Positions 13,227 through 23,049 of a stretch of 64,000 bases of DNA are shown here, one piece after another. Below the pieces are notes generated by a model that saw only the letters and a program-made list of their open reading frames with translations, did no database searches and was not told where the DNA came from. The stretch spans positions 1,054,001 to 1,118,000 of the forward strand of contig CM082582.2 of the NCBI GenBank assembly GCA_040954595.2, in the 5' to 3' direction. The first letter of the stretch is position 1. Every line of letters starts with the position of its first letter. This stretch comes from Balanoglossus misakiensis. Lineage: Eukaryota; Animalia; Hemichordata. The translations under genes and the position numbers were made by a program.

Positions 13227-14402
13227 TCTTCTTCTTCTTCTTCTTCTTCCGAGAAATTCGGCCAGGTAGATCTTGAAAACCGCTGCACCTTGGGGGCTGA
13301 AACTTGGTAGGGTGATAGGGGCCAATGAGTAGACGTGCAGTGGCTCGTGAATATTTAATTAGTCACGTGACCTGGCGGCCATATTGCATTTCCTGACAAT
13401 CGTTAAACGAGTCCTTCTCAAAAACTACTGGGCCGATCGAGTTCAAATTTGGTGTACAGGTAGCCTACCTTCTGTCCATCATTTTGCTACAATTGTTTTT
13501 CTGAAAAACTACTTAAAACTTTAAAAATCTTCTTCTCCAGAACCAGCGATTGCCGAGTCACAGGATTCGGGGTATGTGGTCACCTAACCTATGTTTATCA
13601 AGTTTGCGAAGCGCACTGTGATTGGTCGATCATTATGGCGGCCATGTTGGATTTTCGGAAAACCATTGAAAAATGAAAATTCTGTTTTGTAGCCAAAATG
13701 TTGACAGCACGTAAATTCTTCTTTTTGGATATGAGTCATCATATGACCGGAAGTTGTTACAATTTTTCGGGGCAATTTTGACATGACCTTTGACCCAGTT
13801 TTAAAACAACTAATTATATATGCATATCCCCATACCTCCTCTTGTAAAAGCACCACAGTCATGAATTTTGTGGACATGGGTACCAATGCTGCCAGGACAT
13901 GACACAACTATTTTGGTAATTTTGGCAATGACCCTTGACCTATTTCTGAAACATCATTTTTCTGCATATCTAATTCCAGGCTAACCAATAGGGCTAGAGG
14001 TCTGGTTTTAGTTGGACATGGCCCACTCTGGGGTCAAAATTTTATGCCCAAATTTTGGGTGACCTTGGATGACCTTTGATCTAATTTCCCCATATCTCAG
14101 CATCCACAGCAGTTAGAGTCCTGGCTTTTGGAGGGCCGATGGAGCAGATATGGAGTCTTACACAAGACCTCATTAATTATGCGCATACCTAATTCTAGGC
14201 GAACCAATAGAGCTAGGTGTTTGGTTTTTGTTGGACCTAGACTAGTATGGGGTCTGATTTTTTTGCCCAAATTTGGGGTGACCTCAGGTGACCTTTGACC
14301 TACTTTCCAATATCTTGGTATCCACAGCAGATACAGCCTTGGCATTTGCTTGTTACCATGGGAACCGCTTGTGCCAAGCCAACGCTGCTTGCAAGTTTAA
14401 TT
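13227..14402 (+). mobile_element. Helentron-type non-autonomous element, copy 2 (5' head missing; starts in the (CTT)n tract)
   Basis: Highly similar to 19070-20608; one central repeat unit; ends GCTTGTGCC...AACGCTGCTTGCAAGTTTAATT. Confidence 0.8.
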
Positions 14403-14639
14403 GTATTTTGCATTTTCTCACGGTGGCGACCATATTCCTTTGCGGCGAAGATTTATTATTTGTCTGGTTTAAACTTGCATATGCACTCATACTTAGGGTT
14501 CATAATACTTGTACATAGTTCAGTGCATACTTCTGTATGGGCTAAAGGTGGTGCAGTTTGAAAAAAGTGTGATAATTTCCCAAAAGTACCAGCTGATGCA
14601 CCGATTTATGTCTAATCTCTGTTTTGAATTTCTTGGCAG

Positions 14640-15527
14640 CTTAACCCAAGTTGATAGTACCCTTCTTGTCCTGGACAGAAGTCTATCTGTCAGTACAAAT
14701 GGTGTAACCGTATCAGTTGATGACAACTCGTGGCATAATGTTGTCATGGTAATTGAAGAAGGCATTGTGGCAGTTTACTTGAATGGTGTTGCAGTAACAT
14801 CACCCCTTCCATCCTGGACAGGTATCGCTGACTCAGAAAAGTAAGTTGCTAGTGGAACTCCGAACATTTTTAACTCCTACAAAGCCATAGAAAATTGTCA
14901 TCATCACATGTTAAAAATCTATATTTTCCTATACTGTCAAGTTTTCCCAAGCCTCAAGAGAAGTGAACCATTTATTTGTGAAGCAGTTATCTTGTTTATA
15001 ACTTATCTGCTAGGTAGCTTGTCTTACTCCTACATGACAATACAATATCATCATAACATGTTGCGACTTACAACAAAACTGGCCAAAAAAATCAAGGGAG
15101 CAAACTATGGACATCAGCAAAGCTATCTTCGTGGCACTTTCAAATTCAAACTTATGCGGAACGATACTGATTTTCACAGTTTATTTTTGACAACTTCTTA
15201 CCAGCACTTTTAATGAATTCATTATTCTCTTGTTTTTCAACAGCTGTATGGTAATTCTTGGTCAAAGCTATGACGAAAATGGACTCCTTGACAACTATTT
15301 TAGCTTCCATGGTGATGTTACACAGATGAATGTATACGATTATGTATTGACTCCTGTTGAAATCCAGAGTCTGGCTTTGAACTGTTCACAAAGTCCACTT
15401 GGCAATCATGTCATGTGGGTTGAAATGGATCAAGAGTTATTGGGTAGTGTGGTCAAAATCCAGCCATCAGCTTGTGGAAGTACCAGGTGCCCAATTGGTT
15501 ACTCTGGTTCACCATGCACACCTGTTG
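14640..15527 (+). CDS. Pentraxin/LamG-like domain exons (14640-14840, 15244-15527)
   Basis: DDNSWHNVVMV...VYLNGV and VILGQ...SFHGDVTQMNVYDYVLTPVEIQSLALNC are pentraxin motifs; splice phases match. Confidence 0.88.
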
Positions 15528-15537
15528 GTAAATAGCC

Positions 15538-18183
15538 TTATCATATGCTCATGCTGATATCACCTCCTCCTAGTGACGTTTAACGTGAATATCACCACGT
15601 TTAGTGTGAAATATCACCGGTGATATTTCACACTAAACGTCATCATTTCTTGCGCTTATACCCGGAACTATGTTCATGAAAATGGCGACCTTAAAATGTA
15701 AACAAACATAACCCGATACAGGGCCCGGTTTCATGAGATTTGACATACCGGTAGTCAACATCGAAATTCATGGGGTTCTGATGGCCACGGACATGTCTTA
15801 TAAATAAAGGATTTATCTTGGTGATTGATTTGGAAAACAAACGATTATTAGTTACACACGTAGAAAAAATATGACAACGTCACGTCAACACTGTGCGTCA
15901 CGCGCGCGAGCAGTTGTCCAGGTGACCGGTCTGTTTACGTTCATTACGGTCGTTTACCAAATAAAGATAACCCGAAAATTTTCACAATTATACCTTCTTC
16001 AGACTTTTTTTTGTAGTTTTCAGTAAAATAAACAACTACATTTTTTATGGTTACGTTTTAAAAACAATTCAACACTAAAATGAAAACCCGGTCAATAAAA
16101 AGTGGATGCCTACGGCAAAATTTACTCACTTCCTAAATAGACATCGCAATGGAAGCATTCAATGACCCGGAGATGCAGGAAATTTTCCAACTTGCTGAGT
16201 TATTGTGTCAAGATGAAACTGATACTGCTGTACCCGAACAAAATCAGCAACAACAGCAAAATCAAAATCGGTATGTGGAATTTAATGATGGCGATTTGGA
16301 CGACTTTGTGGACCAGCAAAAAAAGAAGAATACCGTAAGGAGTACGAACACGGCAGTGAAGCAGTTTCAGGAATGGTTGTCGAGTATGCGCCCAACAGAA
16401 ACTCGTCGTATAGTTGATATGCCACCCCAAGATCTGGATAGCCACCTTGCTGCATATTTTGTTGGAGCCAGGCAGAAAAATGGTGAGCAGTATGAACCCG
16501 ATACTTTGACGAGCTATCAGCGGGGAATCGAGCGTTATCTGCAGGACAACGGTTACCCGGTCTCCATCATCCGTGACAATGAATTCCAACGCTCCCGAAA
16601 ATGCCTCTCAGCAAAAAGAGTTGAACTAAAAAAACAGGGACGGGGAAATAAGCCACAAGCTGCCGAAGTGCTTACAGATGAAGAAGAACAACTTTTAATT
16701 GAACGAGGATTTGTCGGTCGATCGACTCCCGAAGCGTTGTTCAACGCAGTTTGGATGAACAACACCAAGATGTTGGGCTTTCGCGGTGGCCAAGAAAACC
16801 GGGAATTGAAATGGGGGGATATCAAGCTCAAAAAGACGGCCGACCACAAAGAATATATCGAATTCAATGAAAGGGAGACTAAGACCAGATTTGGACAGGC
16901 TGGTGCAAAACCACGACCCTTCAACCCCAAAATCTTCGCAACTCCCGAGAAGCCAGACACATGTCCCATAGCCACATACAAGGAGTTCGCTAATCGTCGC
17001 CCCGTTGAGATGAATACCCCAGACAGCCCCTTCTACTTGGCAATCAATTATTCGCCCTCATCAACCATATGGTTTAAGAAATCCCCTATGGGAAAGAATA
17101 AGTTGGCAACAGTCATCCAAAGTATGAGCGATAAAGCAGGCATCAGAGGGAAAAAAACCAATCACAGCATGAGAAAAACAGCCATCACGAAATTGCTGCA
17201 TGCAGGCATTCCACCGACCCAAGTACAACAGTTATCGGGCCACAGTCAGCTGCAGTCGGTCAACAACTACGCCACCGCCTCGCTCAGGCAGCAGGAAGAG
17301 ATGTCAAACATCCTCGCTCCAGGTTCATCCAAACAAGTCGAAAATCGCGCAATTTCTAGTTCCGTCAGTTCAAACACGTGTCAGATGGAAGCGGCGACAA
17401 CGGGTGGTATATTTAGCGACGCAGTTATATATGGCGGCTCGTTTAATATCTATGTTTCAAACGCGACGTCGACGGGATCATCATCTATGACACAGACCCC
17501 ACCACCGTACAAACGCCGCCGCCGTGCAGTCATTTATGACTCTCCGTCCTCATCAGAAAATTCCCAGGAATGATCAGACTTTGAGACTCTTTTTGAACTT
17601 TGAAATGAATAGCCTCTGGCTTTATTTGCAATTTAACTGATTTCAAACCGATTTTAAATTCATGACGTTCACTTGTTGTTGCACCCCTAAAAAAATGTGT
17701 TCGATTCAATTTTCAAACATTTTGTTGTTTTGCATGATAGAGAGCGGTTGACCTCCTTTGACAATTTACTATTTAAAAACATCTTTGACTTACCGATGTT
17801 GTCGTTTCCTACCGTTATTTAACATCTTTACAGTTATCCTCATATTTTTATATCACCGCTACGCTACACTTAAAAATGGCGCGTCATGTCAACATGAATG
17901 AAGCCGATTTACAATGTTAATAAAATATCAATGCGCTAAGCGGAATAAAATAATTCATTAAAATTAAAGTGTTCTCGCTTTATTTTTTCATTTTTCTTGT
18001 AAATTCCGAAGTTTGAGCATATGATAAATCGGTTATCGCCCCATATCACCTCTTGTTGGGTCATATTTGCCGCTCGTGTGGGTTGTGAGCTGCATCACAC
18101 TCGTCTTCGACTCGTGTGATGCGGCTCACAACCCACACTCGCGGCAAATATGGCCCAACAAGAGGTGATATGGGGCGATAACC
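15538..18183 (+). mobile_element. CryptonA-type tyrosine-recombinase DNA transposon, apparently full length, inserted about 10 bp into an intron
   Basis: Single intact YR ORF; 14-bp inverted repeat TTATCATATGCTCA (15538-15551) / TGAGCATATGATAA (18014-18027); 44-bp palindrome at 15597-15640; 153-nt terminal hairpin at 18031-18183; GC content higher than the flanking intron. Confidence 0.88.
16149..17573 (+). CDS. Crypton tyrosine recombinase (DUF3504 family, related to ZMYM/KCTD1/QRICH1/KIAA1958 domesticates), 474 aa
   Basis: ARQKNGEQYEPDTL...GIERYL; catalytic set R (GFRGGQE), K (ETKT), HxxR (TNHSMRKT), H (SGH), Y (SVNNY) all present; C-terminal KRRRR is a likely NLS; AATAAA near 17919 and 17944. 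Confidence 0.92.
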   Translation: MEAFNDPEMQEIFQLAELLCQDETDTAVPEQNQQQQQNQNRYVEFNDGDLDDFVDQQKKKNTVRSTNTAVKQFQEWLSSMRPTETRRIVDMPPQDLDSHLAAYFVGARQKNGEQYEPDTLTSYQRGIERYLQDNGYPVSIIRDNEFQRSRKCLSAKRVELKKQGRGNKPQAAEVLTDEEEQLLIERGFVGRSTPEALFNAVWMNNTKMLGFRGGQENRELKWGDIKLKKTADHKEYIEFNERETKTRFGQAGAKPRPFNPKIFATPEKPDTCPIATYKEFANRRPVEMNTPDSPFYLAINYSPSSTIWFKKSPMGKNKLATVIQSMSDKAGIRGKKTNHSMRKTAITKLLHAGIPPTQVQQLSGHSQLQSVNNYATASLRQQEEMSNILAPGSSKQVENRAISSSVSSNTCQMEAATTGGIFSDAVIYGGSFNIYVSNATSTGSSSMTQTPPPYKRRRRAVIYDSPSSSENSQE

Positions 18184-18519
18184 TCATATTATTCATTACT
18201 ATCAAACAATTTTATGCATAATCTGACGAGGAGAAATTGGGTCATATTCACAGAGTTGATTAATCCTAAATCCTTACTTTAACACAGCTCTCCTTGTAAT
18301 GTTGTGTCTGTCCAGGGAAAACTGTGTGAAATTTTGAGTAGTTTTTCCTGTGTACATTCACCAGCCCCTAGCTGCTGTGTGTTGTACTCCAATCACACAG
18401 CCTGCAATCTCCCTACTTTAGGAAGTATAGGGAATCATCATCTGCCCATGCCTGTATCGCTCACTCTTTTTGTTTCTACCGTACATGTATTTAACACTGA
18501 ATGTAATGATACTATTCAC

Positions 18520-18616
18520 AACCACCATCACCATCATCATCATCATAATCATCATCACCACCACCACCACCACCATCATCATCATCATCGTCATCATCAT
18601 CACCATCATCATCATC
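18520..18616. repeat. (CAT/CAC)n microsatellite
   Basis: Directly visible; a similar tract lies at about 30912-30966. Confidence 0.95.
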
Positions 18617-18916
18617 AGTTTCTGCTGTTCCAAGAACTAGGCTTATCATGAGTGTAATTGATCATATCAGTTATTATGCCTATGGATACCATCTCATGAC
18701 TCCTGTCCTATCTTGTAGTGTTTCTTGACAGTGATCTAGTCTATTCACATGTATCAGAAAACAAGCACTTAACAATATCTGGATTTCTCATGAATATGTG
18801 ACAGATATTAACATCTAGTAGTGCATTTACCTAAATGTACCAGTGTATGCATAGGGGATGTGGACCAGTTGTTTAATTTACAAACATTTGTTATTCTTTC
18901 ATTTTTTTTTCTTCAG

Positions 18917-21454
18917 ATAAACATGCTCCTGAAGTCATTTACTGTCCCAATACGACCCGTATAATTAGTCCTAATAGCTTGACAACAGGAGTATGGCAGG
19001 AGCCTATATTTAGGGGCACAAGCCTATCGGGCTTGTGCCCCTATTGGTATTGTTGGAATATTTCTTCTTTATTATTCTTCTTCTTCTGAGATTTTCGGCC
19101 AGGTAGATCTGGAAAACGCCAGCACCTAGGGGGCTGAAACTTGGTAGGGTGATAGGGGCCAATGAGTAGACGTGCAGTGGCTCGTGAATATTTAATTAGT
19201 CACGTGACCTGGCGGCCATATTGGATTTCCTGAAAATCGTTAAACGAGTCCTTCTCAAAAACTACTGGGCCGATCGAGTTCAAATTTGGTGTGCAGGTAG
19301 CCTACCTTCTGTCCATCATTTTACCCAATTGAAATCATGACGTCACACATACCGTTTTTTTTGCTACAATTGTTTTTCTGAAAAACTACTTAAAACTTTA
19401 AAAATCTTCTTCTCCAGAACCAGCGATTGCCGAGTCACGGGATTCGGGGTATGTGGTCACCTAACCTATGTCTATCAAGTTTGCGAAGCGCACTGTGATT
19501 GGTCGATCATTATGGCGGCCATGTTGGATTTTCGGAAAACCATTGAAAAATGAAAATTCCGTTTTGTAGCCAAAATGTTGACAGCACGGAAATTCTTTTT
19601 TTGGATATGAGTCATCATATGACCGGAAGTTGTCACAATTTTTCGGGGAAATTTTCACATGACCTTTGACCCAGTTTTAAAACAACTAATTATATATGCA
19701 TATTCCCCATACCTCCTCTTGTCAAAGCACCACAGTCATGAATTTTGTGGACATGGGTACCAATGCTGCCAGGACATGACACAAATATTTTGGTAATTTT
19801 GGCAATGACCCTTGACCTATATCATTTTTCTGCATATCTAATTCCAGGCTAACCAATAGGGCTAGAGGTCTGGTTTTAGTTGGACATGGCCCACTCTGGG
19901 GTCAAAATTTTATGCCCAAATTTTGGGTGACCTTGGATGACCTTTGATCTACTTTCCCATGGCAATGACCCTTGACCTATTTCTGAAACATCATTTTTCT
20001 GCATAACTAATCCCAGGCTAACCAATAGGGCTAGAGGTCTGGTTTTAGTTGGACATGGCCCACTCTGGGGTCAAAATTTTATGCCCAAATTTTGGGTGAC
20101 CTTGGATGACCTTTGATCTACTTTCCCATGACAATGACCCTTGACCTATTTCTGAAACATCATTTTTCTGCATATCTAATTCCAGGCTAACCAATAGGGC
20201 TAGAGGTCTGGTTTTAGTTGGGCATGGCCCACTCTGGGGTCAAAATTTTATGCCCAAATTTTGGGTGACCTTGGATGACCTTTGATCTACTTTCCCATAT
20301 CTCAGCATCCACAGCAGTTAGAGTCCTGGCTTTTGGGGGGCCGATGGAGCACATATGGAGTCTTACACAAGACCTCATTAATTATGTGCATACCTAATTG
20401 CTGGCGAACCAATAGGGCTAGGGGTCTGGTTTTTTGTTGGATCTAGACTAGTATGGGGTCCAATATTTTTGCCCAAATTTGGGGTGACCTCAGGTGACCT
20501 TTGACCTACTTTCCCATATCTTGCTATCCACAGTAGATACAGCCTTGGCATTTGCTGGTTACCATGGGAACCGCTTGTGCCCCGCCAACGCTGCTTGCAG
20601 CTTTAATTACAGATGATGTCGCCATTGCCAATGTGACACAAACCTACACAATGGGTAAGTTTCCTATAAAATATCATTTCTGATTATAGATAATATATAA
20701 CATTCACACTAACTAAGTTTTTTTTATCGGGGTGGGGTGGGGAGTTGATCTAAACAGAAACCAACAAGCTGAGACAACTTTCCTAAGATTATGGTCAGTA
20801 TGAAGCATACTGGTACAGTTTATTCTTGTGGCCGTTACTCATATATGGCTAGCACATCCTATGTGCGACAGATGATCTTGCTTCCAAGTATTAAAGCCTT
20901 AATTGCTGATACTATTACCATATGTTTATAGGCCCTTTCCTCGATCCCAGGGCAGTACAATGAAGTTAAAACTCGAAAGCATTTGTGTTTGCACGTAATT
21001 GTTTATTGGAAACAAAAGATTTGACCAACTGTTGAGCAAGGCCTTTAATCAGTAAAGTACTTAATATTCTCCACTACTACTGGGGATACCCATACCACAA
21101 ATGTTGTGTTCTCTTACAATGGGCAGTTGAATAAACGTGTGCGGCACCATATCTGTTTAGTATACATATCTTGTTCATGTTTATATGTACAGTCACAATC
21201 AGGAGTTGATAATATGCCTGTGTATACCCACCAGATAGCTCACTTAAATGGACCATTCTAAGTTTGAAAAGAAAATCATGAAAAACATTCAAGAAACGGA
21301 AGCTATTTTGGCTTTAGCACCCATGCCTGTAATGATGTGCATAATTTTGTTCTTACAGGTGACACCTTTTCCTGGGGAACCTACCAGATCAGCTATGTTG
21401 CTTCAGATACAGCTGGCAACAATGCACAGTGCAACTTTTTACTCTATGTACTGC
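18917..21454 (+). CDS. HYR domain exons, the first split by an insertion
   Basis: Removing 19012-20608 restores DKHAPEVIYCP...VWQEPIF|TDDVAIANVTQTYTMG-DTFSWGTYQISYVASDTAGNNAQCNFLLYV. Confidence 0.88.
19012..20608 (+). mobile_element. Complete Helentron-associated non-autonomous element (HINE/DINE-1-like), copy 3
   Basis: 5' hairpin TAGGGGCACAAGCC..GGCTTGTGCCCCTA, (TTA/CTT)n tract, three central repeats of about 160-169 bp (19801, 19961, 20130), 3' subTIR GCTTGTGCCCC and stem-loop GCTGCTTGCAGC; inserted at TT with no long TSD. Confidence 0.85.
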
Positions 21455-21551
21455 GTGAGTGAATTTTTTTATCATTCATACATAAACTTTAAAAATTAAT
21501 TAATATCTTGACAAATTGTCATCTCTACCCCTTGTTATGTCTTGTCACATA

Positions 21552-21741
21552 CTGTAAAACGGGACATTTTCGTGACAGAAAATATTTTGCAATATATCAA
21601 AAGAGGCAACTGTGACACGAGAATTAAATTTCCGCATTCTAGTATTTTACTAACTACTCTGTTATCTCTGAAAAACATTTTATGCGACTTTATTTTCTTC
21701 TTCTTTTTTGACGAAGTTTGGGAAAATTTGCCGTTTTACAG
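21552..21741. mobile_element. TA-flanked MITE (CTGTAAAAC...GTTTTACAG); a relative lies at 23594-23801
   Basis: TA|CTGTAAAACGG ... CCGTTTTACAG|TA. Confidence 0.7.
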
Positions 21742-22453
21742 TAATATGATTGCATCATTATCACTTTTGTCCCTATGTTACTATCAAAAATTATAACAAC
21801 ATCATTCAGAACATACAAGGACACTCAAACCCGTCTAAAACAAACCCTGTCTAATCGGGAAACCTCTCTTCAACCAACAGCTTTTCCTAGTCCCTTTTAC
21901 ATAGAAACATGTTAATGTGTTGGTGTTCTGTTTAAAAGATTTGACTGTGTAATAAATATGGGTGTCACACATACACCATTAAGACAGTTCTGAAGCATCT
22001 CAGAATTGATACTGTCTTAAAAAAACATGTGTGGACGGTGTAAGTGGTCCTGAAACATCTCAGATTTTAGACGGCTCTGCCAGCCAGACCTGAGCCGGTG
22101 TAAGGATTAACACCTCTCCGCAACCCATTGTCTATGGGGCCGAGCCTCAGCGCCCATACATAAACTTTGTGTGTGTGGACACAACATGACTCAAAGGATT
22201 AATGCTCTGTGGTTAGCACTGGCAAATAGTGTCTCAAATTTTACCCTGTGTGAACCTGGTAAAAGAGGCATTGTGCCCTAGTTGCTAGGGTTGTGGGTTC
22301 GTTACCTAGACCTGGACATTTGGGTAGTATTTGCCTGTTGGATGATATATGAGACACAGACATTTGGGTAGTATTTGCCTGTTGGATGATAGATGAAATA
22401 AAATTAAAAAAATATATATAGACAAATAAACTGTGTTCTCCTTTCTTTTACAT

Positions 22454-22646
22454 CATTTGATTGTGAAAAGCCAGCACCACCAGTTAAAGGTATTTCCATC
22501 TGTAATGAGTTTGAGTCGGGTGTGTTCTGTCAGGTGGATTGTTTACCAGGATACAAGTTTGCAAGCACCTTACTATCTCTGCCATAGTGAAGGATCTTTT
22601 AATCCTGAGAATCCAGACGAGGAATTCACCTTCCCTGGATGTTCAG
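22454..22646 (+). CDS. Sushi/CCP-like exon with a mutated acceptor and an internal frameshift
   Basis: PFDCEKPAPPVKGISICNEFESGVFCQVDCLPGYKFA, then in another frame APYYLCHSEGSF...FPGCS; acceptor reads TTTTACAT instead of TTTTACAG. Confidence 0.8.
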
Positions 22647-23049
22647 GTGAGAAAAAAATGATTTGGTATCAGTAAAGAAATATAATCAGGTTGCACATGC
22701 ACATTCAGAAAATTCTCCAAAGAGAGAGAGTTGTGAGAGGGGGTATTCCAGCATTGAGACAATTTTCTTTTAGTGATAAATGAAAAGAGAAATATGAGTA
22801 ATGCAAATTCTTGCTTTACAGTATGTCAAGGTTGTGATTACAGGTAGATAATTTGTTAACATCATATCTGCTTACCCCAATATAAAGCTCCAGTACATTT
22901 GAGCTATTTTCTTAATATTTTGTTCTGGGTAAGCAGCTGTAACTTTCCTGATTGGCTAAGCGGTTTCGCAGTCTAAGTCAATACATCGTTCGCTAGATTG
23001 AAAATTGCATCTTTAACAAAATTTGTTTGTTTGTATTGTTCTACTGCAG

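Noticed and set aside
16200-16981. Antisense ORFs of 129 and 142 aa
   Set aside because: Shadows of the recombinase ORF with no recognisable motifs.
16149-17573. Phage integrase, bacterial contamination or host ZMYM/KCTD1 gene
   Set aside because: Motifs are of the eukaryotic DUF3504/Crypton type; the ORF sits in a spliced gene's intron with element-like ends and lacks MYM zinc fingers or a BTB domain.
18304-18651. His-rich 115-aa ORF
   Set aside because: Translation of an intronic (CAT/CAC)n microsatellite.
22270-22320. Possible SINE B-box (GGGTTCGTTACC)
   Set aside because: No convincing A-box, cloverleaf or second copy in the window.
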